A stretch of 64,000 nucleotides of DNA from an uncultured Candidatus Binatia bacterium (GCA_965216585.1 CBDCGC010000003.1:4259244-4323243); one strand, 5' to 3'; positions 46,862-56,495 are shown, numbered from the stretch's first letter. The notes: generated from the sequence alone by a model not told the origin. Translations and numbers: made by a program.

Positions 46862-48244
46862 ATGGAGGAAGGGATGCGCGATAGAGATTGGTGGGGCGCG
46901 ACGGTGTGGATCCTGGCCGCGGTGATGCTCGCGGCACTCGTGGCACCGCTCTCGGTGTCGGCGACGGAAAAGGATCTGCTCGACGTTCTGCTCGAGAACG
47001 GCACCATCACTCGGAGTCAGTACGACCAGTTGTTGCACCGGAACGAGGAGGAGCAGCCGCTGGCGGCGGTCGAAGCGGCGAGCGACGACGGTGTCGAAGT
47101 CGGACTGGGAAAATCGGGTCTGACGGTCGAGAGTAACGACGGCGATTTCGCCGTCACCGTGGGCGGGCGTGTCCAGGCCCTGGTTGCCGGACACGTGGGC
47201 GATCTTCCGGAGGGTGCCGATGCGACCGACGGCACCGAGCTGCGGCGGGCGCGCATTGCGCTGAAAGGCAAGGTGTTCGGCGACTGGCTCTGGGTATCGG
47301 AGGTCGATTTCGCCGACAACGAAACGGCGATCAAGGACTTCTGGCTCGGCTACGCCGGGTTGCCGGGCAATACTCGGGTCTATGCCGGTCACCAGAAGCA
47401 GCCCTTCAGCCTGTCGGTCGAGATGAGCACCAACGACATCCCCTTCATCGAGCGCTCGATCGACAACGAGTTGATCATCCCCTTCATCGACCGCGCCATC
47501 GGCGTACGCGCCGACACCTGGGGCGAGCACTGGTTTCTCGCCACCGGCTTTTACGGCGAGAGTATCGATCCCAACAGGGACGACGATGAAGGCTGGGGCA
47601 CGACCGGGCGCTTCGTCGTCTCTCCGCTCATCAGCGACGAGCATGTATTACACCTCGGTGCCCGGGCGGCGTACCGGCGCACTTCTCCTGCATCGGATGC
47701 GCTGCGCGTGCGCGACGAGACGACCCACTTTTCCAATCTGCGGATCGTCAACACCGGCGACATCACGGGCGTCGATGGCGTGACGCTGGTCGGCGGAGAG
47801 GCGGCTCTGGCGCTCGGGCCGTTCTCGGTCTTCGGTGAATACAATGAGGTGTTTTTCGATCGAGAGGTCGGCGCCGATCTCGACTTCGACAGTTGGCATG
47901 TCGCCGGAACGTGGACGATCACCGGCGAGTCGCGCGCCAAGGCGTACAAAATGAAGTCGGGCGAGTTCAAGCGGTTACGACCGGCGCGCGATTTCACGCT
48001 CGATGGTGGAGGATGGGGCGCCTGGGAGCTGGCCGCTCGGCTGGCGTCGCTCGATGCCAACGACAACGCAATTCGCGGCGGCGAGGAGATGGTTCTCACC
48101 ACGGCCCTCAATTGGTACATCAATCCCGTCGTGCGCTTCATGGTCGAGTGGTCACGGGTTCTCGACACCGACGACGGGTCGGAGCTGCGCAACGACGCGG
48201 AGGATCTCAACATCCTGCAGTTGCGCGCCGATTTGGCCTTCTGA
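46862..48244 (+). CDS. Phosphate-selective porin OprO/OprP family
   Basis: Signal peptide followed by porin O/P-family motifs ('RARIALKGKVFGDW', 'NDIPFIERS'). The C-terminus is aromatic ('LAF'). Confidence 0.8.
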   Translation: MEEGMRDRDWWGATVWILAAVMLAALVAPLSVSATEKDLLDVLLENGTITRSQYDQLLHRNEEEQPLAAVEAASDDGVEVGLGKSGLTVESNDGDFAVTVGGRVQALVAGHVGDLPEGADATDGTELRRARIALKGKVFGDWLWVSEVDFADNETAIKDFWLGYAGLPGNTRVYAGHQKQPFSLSVEMSTNDIPFIERSIDNELIIPFIDRAIGVRADTWGEHWFLATGFYGESIDPNRDDDEGWGTTGRFVVSPLISDEHVLHLGARAAYRRTSPASDALRVRDETTHFSNLRIVNTGDITGVDGVTLVGGEAALALGPFSVFGEYNEVFFDREVGADLDFDSWHVAGTWTITGESRAKAYKMKSGEFKRLRPARDFTLDGGGWGAWELAARLASLDANDNAIRGGEEMVLTTALNWYINPVVRFMVEWSRVLDTDDGSELRNDAEDLNILQLRADLAF

Positions 48245-48252
48245 ATTCGGGC

Positions 48253-49185
48253 TCAGGCTTTTTCTACGGCGCGCAATTTCGCGCTGGCAGCGCGCTGATT
48301 GGCCGAGACTTCCGCTGCGCCGGCGCTGATGGGTTTCTTGGTCAGCAGGCGAGCGCCGTCGTTGCGCGCCCAGTCGCGGAAGCTGTGCTTGACGATGCGA
48401 TCTTCGAGCGAGTGGAACGACAGAACGACGAGCCGTCCCTGTGGTGCCAAGCACTGCCAGGCCAGTGACAGTGCCTGGCGCACCGCATCGAGCTCGTCGT
48501 TGACGGCGATGCGCAGGGCCTGAAAGACCCGGGCGGCATGTCGTGCCGCGCGCCAGCGGGTGTTGGCCGGCAGGCTGCGCTCGATGGCGGCAAATAAATC
48601 GGTGGTGGTTTCGATCGGCTGGCGTTCGCGCGACGCGACGATGGTGCGGGCGATGCGCGATGCGTAGCGCTCCTCGCCGAAGTCGCGGAAGATGGCGGTG
48701 AGTGCGGGGGCGGAAGAGCGGGCGACGATCTCGCTCGCCCGCCGCGTCGCGAGCTCGCCGGCGCCGAAGCGCATGTCGAGCGGCTCGGATTGGGAGAAGG
48801 CGAAGCCCCGCCGGCTGCGATCGAGGTGGTAGGAACTCAGCCCCAGGTCGAAGAGAACTCCGTCGACCGGAATCATGGCCGCTTCTTCGGCAACGTCGGC
48901 GAGTGAAGCGAAGTTGGCGTTGGCCAGGGTCAGCCGGCCGGCTGCTACCTCGCTCGCCAGCTCCCGGCTGGCGTTGTCGATCAGGTCGGGGTCGCGATCG
49001 ATCGCCAGCAGGCGTCCGCTCGGCGCGCAGGCCGCCAGAATGGCGCGCGTGTGACCGCCGCCGTTGGCGGTCGCGTCGATGTAGGTGCCGCCGTCTTTGA
49101 CGGCGAGAAGCTCGAGCACGCGCTCGACCAGAATCGGCGTGTGGACGCTGGTTGGGTTGTCCGCGGGCACGTCGCAGCGTCCCAC
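48253..49185 (-). CDS. rsmH: 16S rRNA (cytosine1402-N4)-methyltransferase RsmH (MraW)
   Basis: 'HTPILVERVLELL', 'YIDATANGGGHT' and 'FDLGLSSYHLD' are RsmH motifs. Confidence 0.85.
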   Translation of the reverse strand: MGRCDVPADNPTSVHTPILVERVLELLAVKDGGTYIDATANGGGHTRAILAACAPSGRLLAIDRDPDLIDNASRELASEVAAGRLTLANANFASLADVAEEAAMIPVDGVLFDLGLSSYHLDRSRRGFAFSQSEPLDMRFGAGELATRRASEIVARSSAPALTAIFRDFGEERYASRIARTIVASRERQPIETTTDLFAAIERSLPANTRWRAARHAARVFQALRIAVNDELDAVRQALSLAWQCLAPQGRLVVLSFHSLEDRIVKHSFRDWARNDGARLLTKKPISAGAAEVSANQRAASAKLRAVEKA

Positions 49186-49191
49186 CGGCGT

Positions 49192-49557
49192 CTATTCGTC
49201 GTCGCGGTGGACGCTGGCCGGGGAGAAGGCGGGCAGGCAGATGGCGACGTACTCGGCGCCGTCGCTGCCGGGCGTGCTGTACCGTACGCGCTCACCGGGA
49301 CTGGCGACGACCGCTTCGCCGGCGTTGACGTCAAACGATCCACCGTCGAAATCGACGTGCAGGCTACCCTTGATGACGAGGGTGATCTCTTCGAACTCCG
49401 GCGTCTGCGCCGGTTCTACCCACCCGCTCGGCGAGCGCATGTGAGCGACACTCACATGCTCGGCCGCCGTGTTGACGCGTCCGATGTACTCGTCGATCAG
49501 CTTGGGCTTGTTACCGGCCGCCTCGATACGCGTTGCCGAGGAAATGTGCTTTGGCAT
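49192..49557 (-). CDS. Cupin-domain protein
   Basis: A two-motif cupin-like small barrel (121 aa). The start codon is confirmed as ATG. Confidence 0.6.
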   Translation of the reverse strand: MPKHISSATRIEAAGNKPKLIDEYIGRVNTAAEHVSVAHMRSPSGWVEPAQTPEFEEITLVIKGSLHVDFDGGSFDVNAGEAVVASPGERVRYSTPGSDGAEYVAICLPAFSPASVHRDDE

Positions 49558-49642
49558 GCGGCCTACTTGGCACGGCGCCGGATTCGGGGCAAGCGACCCG
49601 CTGTCGGCGATCTGCGAAACGCCGTCTCGTTTGTCGCCGCCT

Positions 49643-50032
49643 TCAGGCAGCCGAGCGCGAGCGCGGGCGTCGCTGGCGGATCTTGTGGCGGCCGCGTCCG
49701 GCCGACATGCGCGGCCGGACGAACTCGCTACCGTCGTTTTGCAACCTGACGACGGCAGTGCGCACGCTGTCGGCCTCGAGGCCGAGGACGTCGCAAATCG
49801 ACGCAAACGAAAAAGGGTGGCGCCGGCTGTCGTTGGCAAACCACTCGGCTGCCTCGGTTGCGGCTTCGCGGGTCTCGCGGTTCTTTGCCGAGATGCGGAC
49901 GAGCAGGGACACCGCCTCTTCGAGCACCGCAGCCATCAGACGTTTTTCGGGTTGGACGGAATGCCAACCCTGGCCGGTCCAATACTGCGATGGCAGAACG
50001 CTGTCGCTCGGATGTGGCTCGGCCCTCGTCAT
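49643..50032 (-). CDS. Hypothetical small protein, possible HTH DNA-binding
   Basis: A weak ORF in a 660 nt intergenic gap. 'FSFASICDVLGLEADSVRTAV' is HTH-like. Poor RBS. Confidence 0.25.
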   Translation of the reverse strand: MTRAEPHPSDSVLPSQYWTGQGWHSVQPEKRLMAAVLEEAVSLLVRISAKNRETREAATEAAEWFANDSRRHPFSFASICDVLGLEADSVRTAVVRLQNDGSEFVRPRMSAGRGRHKIRQRRPRSRSAA

Positions 50033-50221
50033 GCCTGGATTTGCCACCGGATTGCCCTCCTTGAAGTGCGAAAGACTCGAGGAATGGCCCGCGTGACCTG
50101 AAGAAGCGCACTCGCCGGGCGCAACCCCGACCTCGCGCCTGTCGCTCGCGCAGGCAACTACAGGAGAGAACACCGCGGGCAGGACAATCGTTCCAAGTTT
50201 TCCAAACTTTTCTTGTTTGTG

Positions 50222-50731
50222 CTATTTCCCTGCCAATCCACGCAGTTGGGCGGGCGTGAGGAACCACTGTAGTGTGCCGCGCAGGAGGTCCATGGAGCCG
50301 CTGACCTCGATGCAGGCGGCGCTGGCCTTGCGCAAGGGCAGGTAGGCCGTTTCGGGGTCGCCGCTGAGTAGCAGCGATGCCAGCATGCCGAGATCTGGCT
50401 GATGACCGACCAGCATGACGGCGTGCGGCTTGGGTGGCTTGTTGGCCTCTCGCAAGACGGATTCGAAGTCGAGTCCGGGGCTGAGGGCCTTGCTGATCTG
50501 TAGCGATGTGCCGCCGAGGACGGTGGCGATGATCTCGGCGGTCTCCTTTGCCCGCGCCAGAGGGCTGCTCAGGATCATTTGAGGGGCGACGCCGATGCGG
50601 CGCATTCCCTGCGCGGCGAGTCTGGTTTTTTCGATGCCGGTGGGCGTCAGACGCCGCGCCGCGTCGGAACCCGCACTCGAGTAGTCTTCGGCGATGCCGT
50701 GGCGGACGATGTAGACAGTATCGAGGTTCAT
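50222..50731 (-). CDS. Histidine-phosphatase-superfamily protein (SixA-like phosphohistidine phosphatase)
   Basis: Catalytic 'YIVRHG' and a short SixA-like length (169 aa). Its start overlaps the upstream stop (ATGA). Confidence 0.75.
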   Translation of the reverse strand: MNLDTVYIVRHGIAEDYSSAGSDAARRLTPTGIEKTRLAAQGMRRIGVAPQMILSSPLARAKETAEIIATVLGGTSLQISKALSPGLDFESVLREANKPPKPHAVMLVGHQPDLGMLASLLLSGDPETAYLPLRKASAACIEVSGSMDLLRGTLQWFLTPAQLRGLAGK

Positions 50732-51390
50732 GGCTCGCTCCTGCTGGACCGCGTCAACCCGTAGAGGTCGCGCAACGCACGCGACAACTTGGAGCCCGAG
50801 GTGCGCGACAGATCGTGGTCGCGCTCGAGCACTGCGGTGATCTCGGCGAGGGCTGCGCGCGGACCGTCGCGCAGCTCGATTTCGATTTCGTAGTACGGCC
50901 GACAACGGTGATCGGATCCGGGCGCCGAGTGCTGCACCGTATCGATCGCGAGCTCGGCGATGACCAGATCGTCATCGACGATGTTGCGCACCCGCCGGGT
51001 GATGTCGGTTGCCAGCAGCTCGCGCAGGTTCAGGTTCTCCGCCAGCAAAGGATGCCGTTCGCGGATTTCTCGCGGCGCTCGGTAGGGAGCCCGCGGCGGC
51101 ACCGGCAGCGCGACGTTGATTTCCGAGCGCTCGTGCGCGTCGTCGCGGATGACCTTGTCCCACTTTGCCGTCGCCTCCCAACTTCCGTTCGAACAGCGAA
51201 AGCGCAGGGCGACGCCGTTGCGTGTCAACTTCATGTCTTCGGTGTCGACGTAGGTGGTCTGCATTACATGCGTTGCCAACGGCCCGGTGCGGTAGCATCC
51301 AATCTGTTCGCGAGCTGCGATCGCATCCAGAGTAGTCGCGTCGCCGGCGAGCAGCTTCGCTTCGATTTCCGTTTCGCAAGTGGAGGTCAT
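50728..51390 (-). CDS. CYTH-domain protein (triphosphate tunnel metalloenzyme, CyaB/ThTPase-like)
   Basis: The N-terminal 'EIEAKL' (the ExExK CYTH signature) and the later acidic 'YEIEIEL' motif. Confidence 0.7.
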   Translation of the reverse strand: MTSTCETEIEAKLLAGDATTLDAIAAREQIGCYRTGPLATHVMQTTYVDTEDMKLTRNGVALRFRCSNGSWEATAKWDKVIRDDAHERSEINVALPVPPRAPYRAPREIRERHPLLAENLNLRELLATDITRRVRNIVDDDLVIAELAIDTVQHSAPGSDHRCRPYYEIEIELRDGPRAALAEITAVLERDHDLSRTSGSKLSRALRDLYGLTRSSRSEP

Positions 51391-52943
51391 GACGGCCTGG
51401 CGACTTCGATGACGATCTCGCGTTCGAGAAGTTGACGCAACGGCTTTGACCGCTGCTCGGTGTCCCAGATTTCGAGGGCGGCATCGCCGTCGCCGGTATC
51501 GAGGGTCAACGTCAGCCGCTTCTTGTCGCACTTCGCGACGACATCTTTGACGACTCCGAAGTGGCTGCGGTCGAGCGAGTCGGCGACTCGGAGCAGGGCG
51601 CTGAGCTTGCGCACGACCGGTTGCAGTTCGGCTGCCAGGGCGGCGAACTCCGGGTCGCCGTCCTTGGGTGTCGCTTTTCTGTGGTAGCGCGTGAGCAGCG
51701 CGATCACGGCGATCTCGGATGGTTCGAAACCGAGGAGCTCGCCGTTGGTGATCAGGTAGTGGGCGTGCCGGTGGTGGTTCTTGTGCTCGATGTGGTGGCC
51801 GATGTCGTGCAGGAGCGCCGCATAGTGCAGCCATTCGCGCGTCTGCGGCGCGAGGCCGAGCTTGTCGGCCAGTTGATCGAAGAGGCGCAGCGCCAGGGTC
51901 GCGACCTGCGGGCCGTGACTCGAGGTCTCGCCGAGGTGGCGGGCCAGCCGGACGACGCTGCGAATGCGCGGGTTGGCGTAGCGCTCGACCTCCTCGATGC
52001 CTTTTTGATGGCGATCGATGAAGTCGAGCAACACACCCTCGCGCAGCGCCCAGGTGCAGGCGACGATGGTATCGGCGCCGGCGGCCGTGACGATGGCGTC
52101 GGCGACGCAGGCACCGGCGGCGATGAGATCGACGCGCTTGGAATCGAGTCCACCGATCGCCAGGCGCTCGCTGCGGTTGGCGCGGATGAGCTTCTTGCGT
52201 ACACGACGGAGGTCGTCGGCTGTAACGGCGAGATGGTGCTGCTTGCCGTTGGCTCCGTCGCCGGCCCGCTGCGCCGCCATCGCAATCAGGTTGAGCATCG
52301 TGCCCGAGGTGCCGATGACGCGAGCAACGGATTTGTGAGAGCTCTTCTTGATCTGCTTGCGGAAGGCTGCGAGCTCGTCGTGGATTGCTGCCGAGAGCGA
52401 CTCGAGGTCCTTGTCGCGCGGTGGATCTTTTTTTAGAAAGCGATCGGTCAGCCGGGCGACGCCGAGCTTGAGGCTGTCGAGCCAGGCGGCTTCGCCTGTT
52501 TCGACCAGGATCAGCTCGACGCTGCCGCCGCCGATGTCGACGATCAGATTGGGCGATTCGCTGGCCAGGTCCATGGCGTGGCGCACGCCGAGGTAGATGA
52601 GGCGGGCCTCTTCCAGTCCTTGGATGACCTTGACGCGCCAGCCCACTTCCTCCTTGACCCGGCGGATGAAGTCGCCGCCGTTGGCAGCTTCGCGGACGGC
52701 GCTGGTGGCGACGGCCTGGACACGCGTGACGCCGTGGCGCTCGGCCAGGGTGCTGAGATTGGCGAGGGTCTGGACGCCGGCATCGATGACCGTGTCAGAG
52801 AGGGCTCCTTCGCTGTGCGCACGACCTCCCAGGCGCACCATGTCTTTGGCTCTGTCGAGGACGCGAAAGCGGCCATCCGCCTCGACTTCGGCGATGACCA
52901 TGTGGATGGAATTGCTTCCGACGTCAACGGCTGCGACGCGCAT
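51387..52943 (-). CDS. ppx: Exopolyphosphatase / guanosine pentaphosphate phosphohydrolase (Ppx/GppA) with a C-terminal HD domain
   Basis: 'AAVDVGSNSIHMVIAEV' and 'DIGGGSVEL' are ASKHA motifs. 'LLHDIGHHIEHKNHH' is an HD motif. Confidence 0.9.
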   Translation of the reverse strand: MRVAAVDVGSNSIHMVIAEVEADGRFRVLDRAKDMVRLGGRAHSEGALSDTVIDAGVQTLANLSTLAERHGVTRVQAVATSAVREAANGGDFIRRVKEEVGWRVKVIQGLEEARLIYLGVRHAMDLASESPNLIVDIGGGSVELILVETGEAAWLDSLKLGVARLTDRFLKKDPPRDKDLESLSAAIHDELAAFRKQIKKSSHKSVARVIGTSGTMLNLIAMAAQRAGDGANGKQHHLAVTADDLRRVRKKLIRANRSERLAIGGLDSKRVDLIAAGACVADAIVTAAGADTIVACTWALREGVLLDFIDRHQKGIEEVERYANPRIRSVVRLARHLGETSSHGPQVATLALRLFDQLADKLGLAPQTREWLHYAALLHDIGHHIEHKNHHRHAHYLITNGELLGFEPSEIAVIALLTRYHRKATPKDGDPEFAALAAELQPVVRKLSALLRVADSLDRSHFGVVKDVVAKCDKKRLTLTLDTGDGDAALEIWDTEQRSKPLRQLLEREIVIEVARPS

Positions 52944-53076
52944 GTCGGCCGAACTGCCTGTCTACAAACAAGAATACCTCCTCACCGCCCCGCCCGTTGT
53001 GAAGATATTCGATTCCCGCGATTGGCGAAAGCCCTCGGTGGGCCGGGTGAATGCGGATCGCGACCAACATTCACGC

Positions 53077-53100
53077 CTCCGTAACACTCCCGTAACATTT
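53077..53100 (+). promoter_or_regulatory. Putative Pho box (CCGTAAC-ACTC-CCGTAAC) in the divergent ppx / pstS intergenic region
   Basis: The same 7-4-7 direct-repeat motif as at 46724. It lies ~127 nt upstream of pstS and ~135 nt upstream of the ppx operon on the other strand. Confidence 0.55.
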
Positions 53101-53226
53101 GGTCATTACGGTCGGTTTCGAAGGCGGGCAGCGGCACTGCAAAGTGCGAAGCCTGCCCGAGTGCAGCCGGTGTGCGCGCGCGATGCGAAGCGCGCCGTTG
53201 CCCTCCGCGAAGGGAGGTTTCCGACC

Positions 53227-54189
53227 ATGAATAGAATTCTCAGCCTGGCGTTCTCGCTGCTGATTTCGGTGCCGGCGATGGCGGGTTCGGTAGCGGTCGA
53301 TCCGTCGATTGCGTCGTACGAGTCAGTCGGCGGAGTTTCGGGAAATCTGAACAGTATCGGCTCCGACACGCTGAACAACTTGATGACCTTGTGGGCCGAG
53401 GGTTTCCAAAACATCTACCCCAACGTGCGCAGCCAGATCGAAGGGAAGGGGTCGTCGACGGCACCGCCGGCCTTGATTTCCGCGACCGCGCAGGTCGGTC
53501 CGATGAGTCGGGCAATGAAGCCGACCGAAATCGACGAGTTCGAGAAGAAGTTTGGCTACGCACCGACCCAAATTCGGGTCGCCGTCGATGCTCTGGCGCT
53601 CTACGTCAACAAAGACAACCCGATCGACAAGCTGACGATCCCGGAAGTGGATGCGATCTTTTCCAAGACACGCCGTTGCGGCGCAGCGGCTGGGATCGAC
53701 ACGTGGGGGCAGCTTGGCCTCGGAGGCGATTGGTCGAGCCGACCGATCAGCTTGTACGGGCGCAACTCGGCTTCGGGTACCTATGGCTATTTCAAGAAGA
53801 ACGCGTTGTGCAAAGGCGACTATCGCGACACCGTCAAGGAGCAGCCGGGATCGGCGTCGGTGGTGCAGGGGGTTGCCGAGGATTTGCAGGGAATCGGGTA
53901 CAGCGGCATCGGCTACCGGACGTCTGGCGTGAAGACTCTCTCCCTGGCGAAGAAGACGGGTGGCGAATACGTGACGACGGATCCACAGTCGGTGTTGTCC
54001 GGCAAGTATCCTCTGGCGCGTTTCCTCTACGTCTACATCAACAAGGCGCCGGATCGCCCGCTCGCTCCGCTGGTGCGGGAGTTCCTCGAGTACGTACTCA
54101 GCTCCGAGGGGCAACACGTCGTCGTCAAGGATGGCTATCTTCCCATCTCGTCGGCGATTGCGAGTCAGGAGATCGCCAAATTGGAGTAG
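53227..54189 (+). CDS. pstS: Phosphate ABC transporter substrate-binding protein
   Basis: Signal peptide and PstS-family motifs ('IGSDTLNNLMTLWAEGF', 'GSSTAPPAL'). GGGAGG RBS. Confidence 0.9.
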   Translation: MNRILSLAFSLLISVPAMAGSVAVDPSIASYESVGGVSGNLNSIGSDTLNNLMTLWAEGFQNIYPNVRSQIEGKGSSTAPPALISATAQVGPMSRAMKPTEIDEFEKKFGYAPTQIRVAVDALALYVNKDNPIDKLTIPEVDAIFSKTRRCGAAAGIDTWGQLGLGGDWSSRPISLYGRNSASGTYGYFKKNALCKGDYRDTVKEQPGSASVVQGVAEDLQGIGYSGIGYRTSGVKTLSLAKKTGGEYVTTDPQSVLSGKYPLARFLYVYINKAPDRPLAPLVREFLEYVLSSEGQHVVVKDGYLPISSAIASQEIAKLE

Positions 54190-54266
54190 GCGTCTCCTCG
54201 TGTCGCCAGCGCTGAGTGGGGAGGCTCAATGGGTCGGGTCCAGGTTGAGGACGTACGATTGACGGC

Positions 54267-56495
54267 ATGAGTGAGGTGCGATCATCGACCACCGCGGCTG
54301 GGGGTGGGGCGTTCGCAAGCGCCGCCAGGGGGATCGATCGACGGCGAATCGCCGACGACCTCGCGGGCGTCATCGTGCAGGCAGGCGGGATTGCGATCAT
54401 CGTCAGCATCCTGGCGATCTTGATCTTCATCGTCGCGCAGGCGTGGCCGCTGGTGCGCGGGGCCGCGGTGACGCACTCGTCGTCAGGTGACTCCTATACG
54501 GCCCTGGCCCTGGCCAGCGATCCCTACAAGACACACGTTGCTGGAATCGATGCCGCTGGAGTCATTCGCGTGCATCGCACCGGCGATACTGGTGACGAAG
54601 TCGTGGCGCGGTCCGTCGCCGGTGCAGTCGAATCGGCGTTTGCCGACGCCGACGGAGGCTTTCTCGGCGTCGTCGACGAGACGGGCAGTATCGTTCTGTC
54701 GCCGCTCGAGTGGCGGTTGGGGTTTCGCGATGGCGCCAGAACGGTTGCCCCGGAGATTTTGGAGCCGATCGTCTTTGCCATTCCGGATCTTCGCCTCGAG
54801 GGTCCCGTTCACGCCGTTCGCTCCGCCGACAGTGAATCGTTGGCGTTGGTGGCGGCGTCGAGTGGCGGCGACGTCGTCATGTTTCGGCGCACGCGTGAGG
54901 TCAACGACTTCACCGGGGAGGTCGCCACCACGGAGGAGAGCTCCAGCGTCGCGGCACCGGCGGATCTCGTGGCTTTGGCGCTCGACTCGGAGCTTCACAA
55001 CGTCTACGGCGCGACAGCCGGTGGGTTGCTGTATCGCTGGCCGGCCCATCCAGATCTGCGAGCAGAACCGGAGATCGTCGACGCCGGCGGCGAGGTAACG
55101 GCCCTGGCTCTCTTGCTGGGGGGACGTTCGCTCGTCGTCGGAATGCGCGATGGCGGCTTGGCGGTTTGGTTTAGCGCGCCGGATGCCACCGGCGAGGTAG
55201 CGCTGCGCCGCGTTCGCGAATTCCCGCCTCACTCCACCGCCATTCGCCACATCGTTCCGTCGCGGCGCGACAAGGGGTTTGTCGCCGTCGATGATTTAGG
55301 AGAAGTGGGAATCTACCATTCGACGTCGGAGCGCTTGCTGTGGCGCGGGTCGAGCGGGATGAGGGCGATCGATGCGGTCGCCTTCACACCCAAGGCGGAC
55401 GGTTTGATCCTCAACGGCGAGCGGCGGCAGTCGGTGATCGATGTCGACAATCCGCACCCGGACGTCAGCCTTTGGTCGCTTTTTGCGCCGGTCTGGTACG
55501 AGGGCTACGAGGGTCCGGATTTGGTCTGGCAATCGAGCAGTGGCACCGACGACTTCGAACCCAAGTACAGTCTGACTCCTTTGCTGATCGGCACGCTCAA
55601 GGGGACGTTCTACTCGTTGTTGATCGCCATTCCCCTGGCCGTATTGGGGGCGATGTACGTCTCGCATTTCACCCATCCGCGCTTGCGCAACGTCATCAAG
55701 CCGACGGTGGAGATCATGGCGGCACTGCCCAGCGTCGTACTCGGTTTTCTCGCCGGGTTGTGGCTCGCGCCGCGAGTCGAGGAGTCGTTTTCTTCCCTCG
55801 TCCTGATGGTTCTCGCCTTTCCCTTCGTCGTCATTGCGACCGGTCTGGTATGGGAGCGCATTCCGGTCGGCTGGAGAAACCGCATGCCGTTCGGCAGCGA
55901 GGTCTTCGCCTTTTCGCTGACCTTGGCAGTGACGGGCTTTGCCTGTGTGGCGTTGAGTGACGCGTTCGAGATCGCTGTTTTCGGTGGGGATTTTCAGGCC
56001 TGGTTGTTGCGTGTCAGCGGGCTGCAATACGACCAGCGCAACGCCATCGTGGTCGGTCTGGCAATGGGGTTCGCGGTGATCCCCATCGTTTTCGCGATTT
56101 CCGAAGATGCGTTTTCCAACGTCCCGTCGAATCTCGTTTCCGGATCCCTCGCGCTCGGTGCCAACCGCTGGCAAACGGTAACGCGCGTCGTCCTGCCGAC
56201 CGCCAGCCCCGGCATTTTTTCCGCCGTCATGGTCGGCTTCGGCCGTGCCGTAGGCGAAACGATGATCGTCTTGATGGCGACCGGCAACACGCCGATCCAG
56301 GACTGGAATCCGTTCAACGGCTTTCGCACCTTGTCGGCCAACATCGCCGTCGAGATTCCCGAAGCGCCACACTTCGGTACGCTCTACCGAGTCTTGTTCC
56401 TCGCAGCGCTACTGCTCTTCGTCGTCACTTTCGCGATCAATACCATTGCCGAGCTCGTGCGCCAGGGGTTGCGCGAGCGCTACGCGCGGTTGTGA
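54267..56495 (+). CDS. pstC: Phosphate ABC transporter permease PstC, long form with a ~440 aa N-terminal periplasmic extension
   Basis: The C-terminal ~300 aa is a canonical PstC permease ('FGRAVGETMIVLMATGN'). The N-terminus has one TM helix followed by a repetitive, beta-rich region. Confidence 0.85.
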   Translation: MSEVRSSTTAAGGGAFASAARGIDRRRIADDLAGVIVQAGGIAIIVSILAILIFIVAQAWPLVRGAAVTHSSSGDSYTALALASDPYKTHVAGIDAAGVIRVHRTGDTGDEVVARSVAGAVESAFADADGGFLGVVDETGSIVLSPLEWRLGFRDGARTVAPEILEPIVFAIPDLRLEGPVHAVRSADSESLALVAASSGGDVVMFRRTREVNDFTGEVATTEESSSVAAPADLVALALDSELHNVYGATAGGLLYRWPAHPDLRAEPEIVDAGGEVTALALLLGGRSLVVGMRDGGLAVWFSAPDATGEVALRRVREFPPHSTAIRHIVPSRRDKGFVAVDDLGEVGIYHSTSERLLWRGSSGMRAIDAVAFTPKADGLILNGERRQSVIDVDNPHPDVSLWSLFAPVWYEGYEGPDLVWQSSSGTDDFEPKYSLTPLLIGTLKGTFYSLLIAIPLAVLGAMYVSHFTHPRLRNVIKPTVEIMAALPSVVLGFLAGLWLAPRVEESFSSLVLMVLAFPFVVIATGLVWERIPVGWRNRMPFGSEVFAFSLTLAVTGFACVALSDAFEIAVFGGDFQAWLLRVSGLQYDQRNAIVVGLAMGFAVIPIVFAISEDAFSNVPSNLVSGSLALGANRWQTVTRVVLPTASPGIFSAVMVGFGRAVGETMIVLMATGNTPIQDWNPFNGFRTLSANIAVEIPEAPHFGTLYRVLFLAALLLFVVTFAINTIAELVRQGLRERYARL

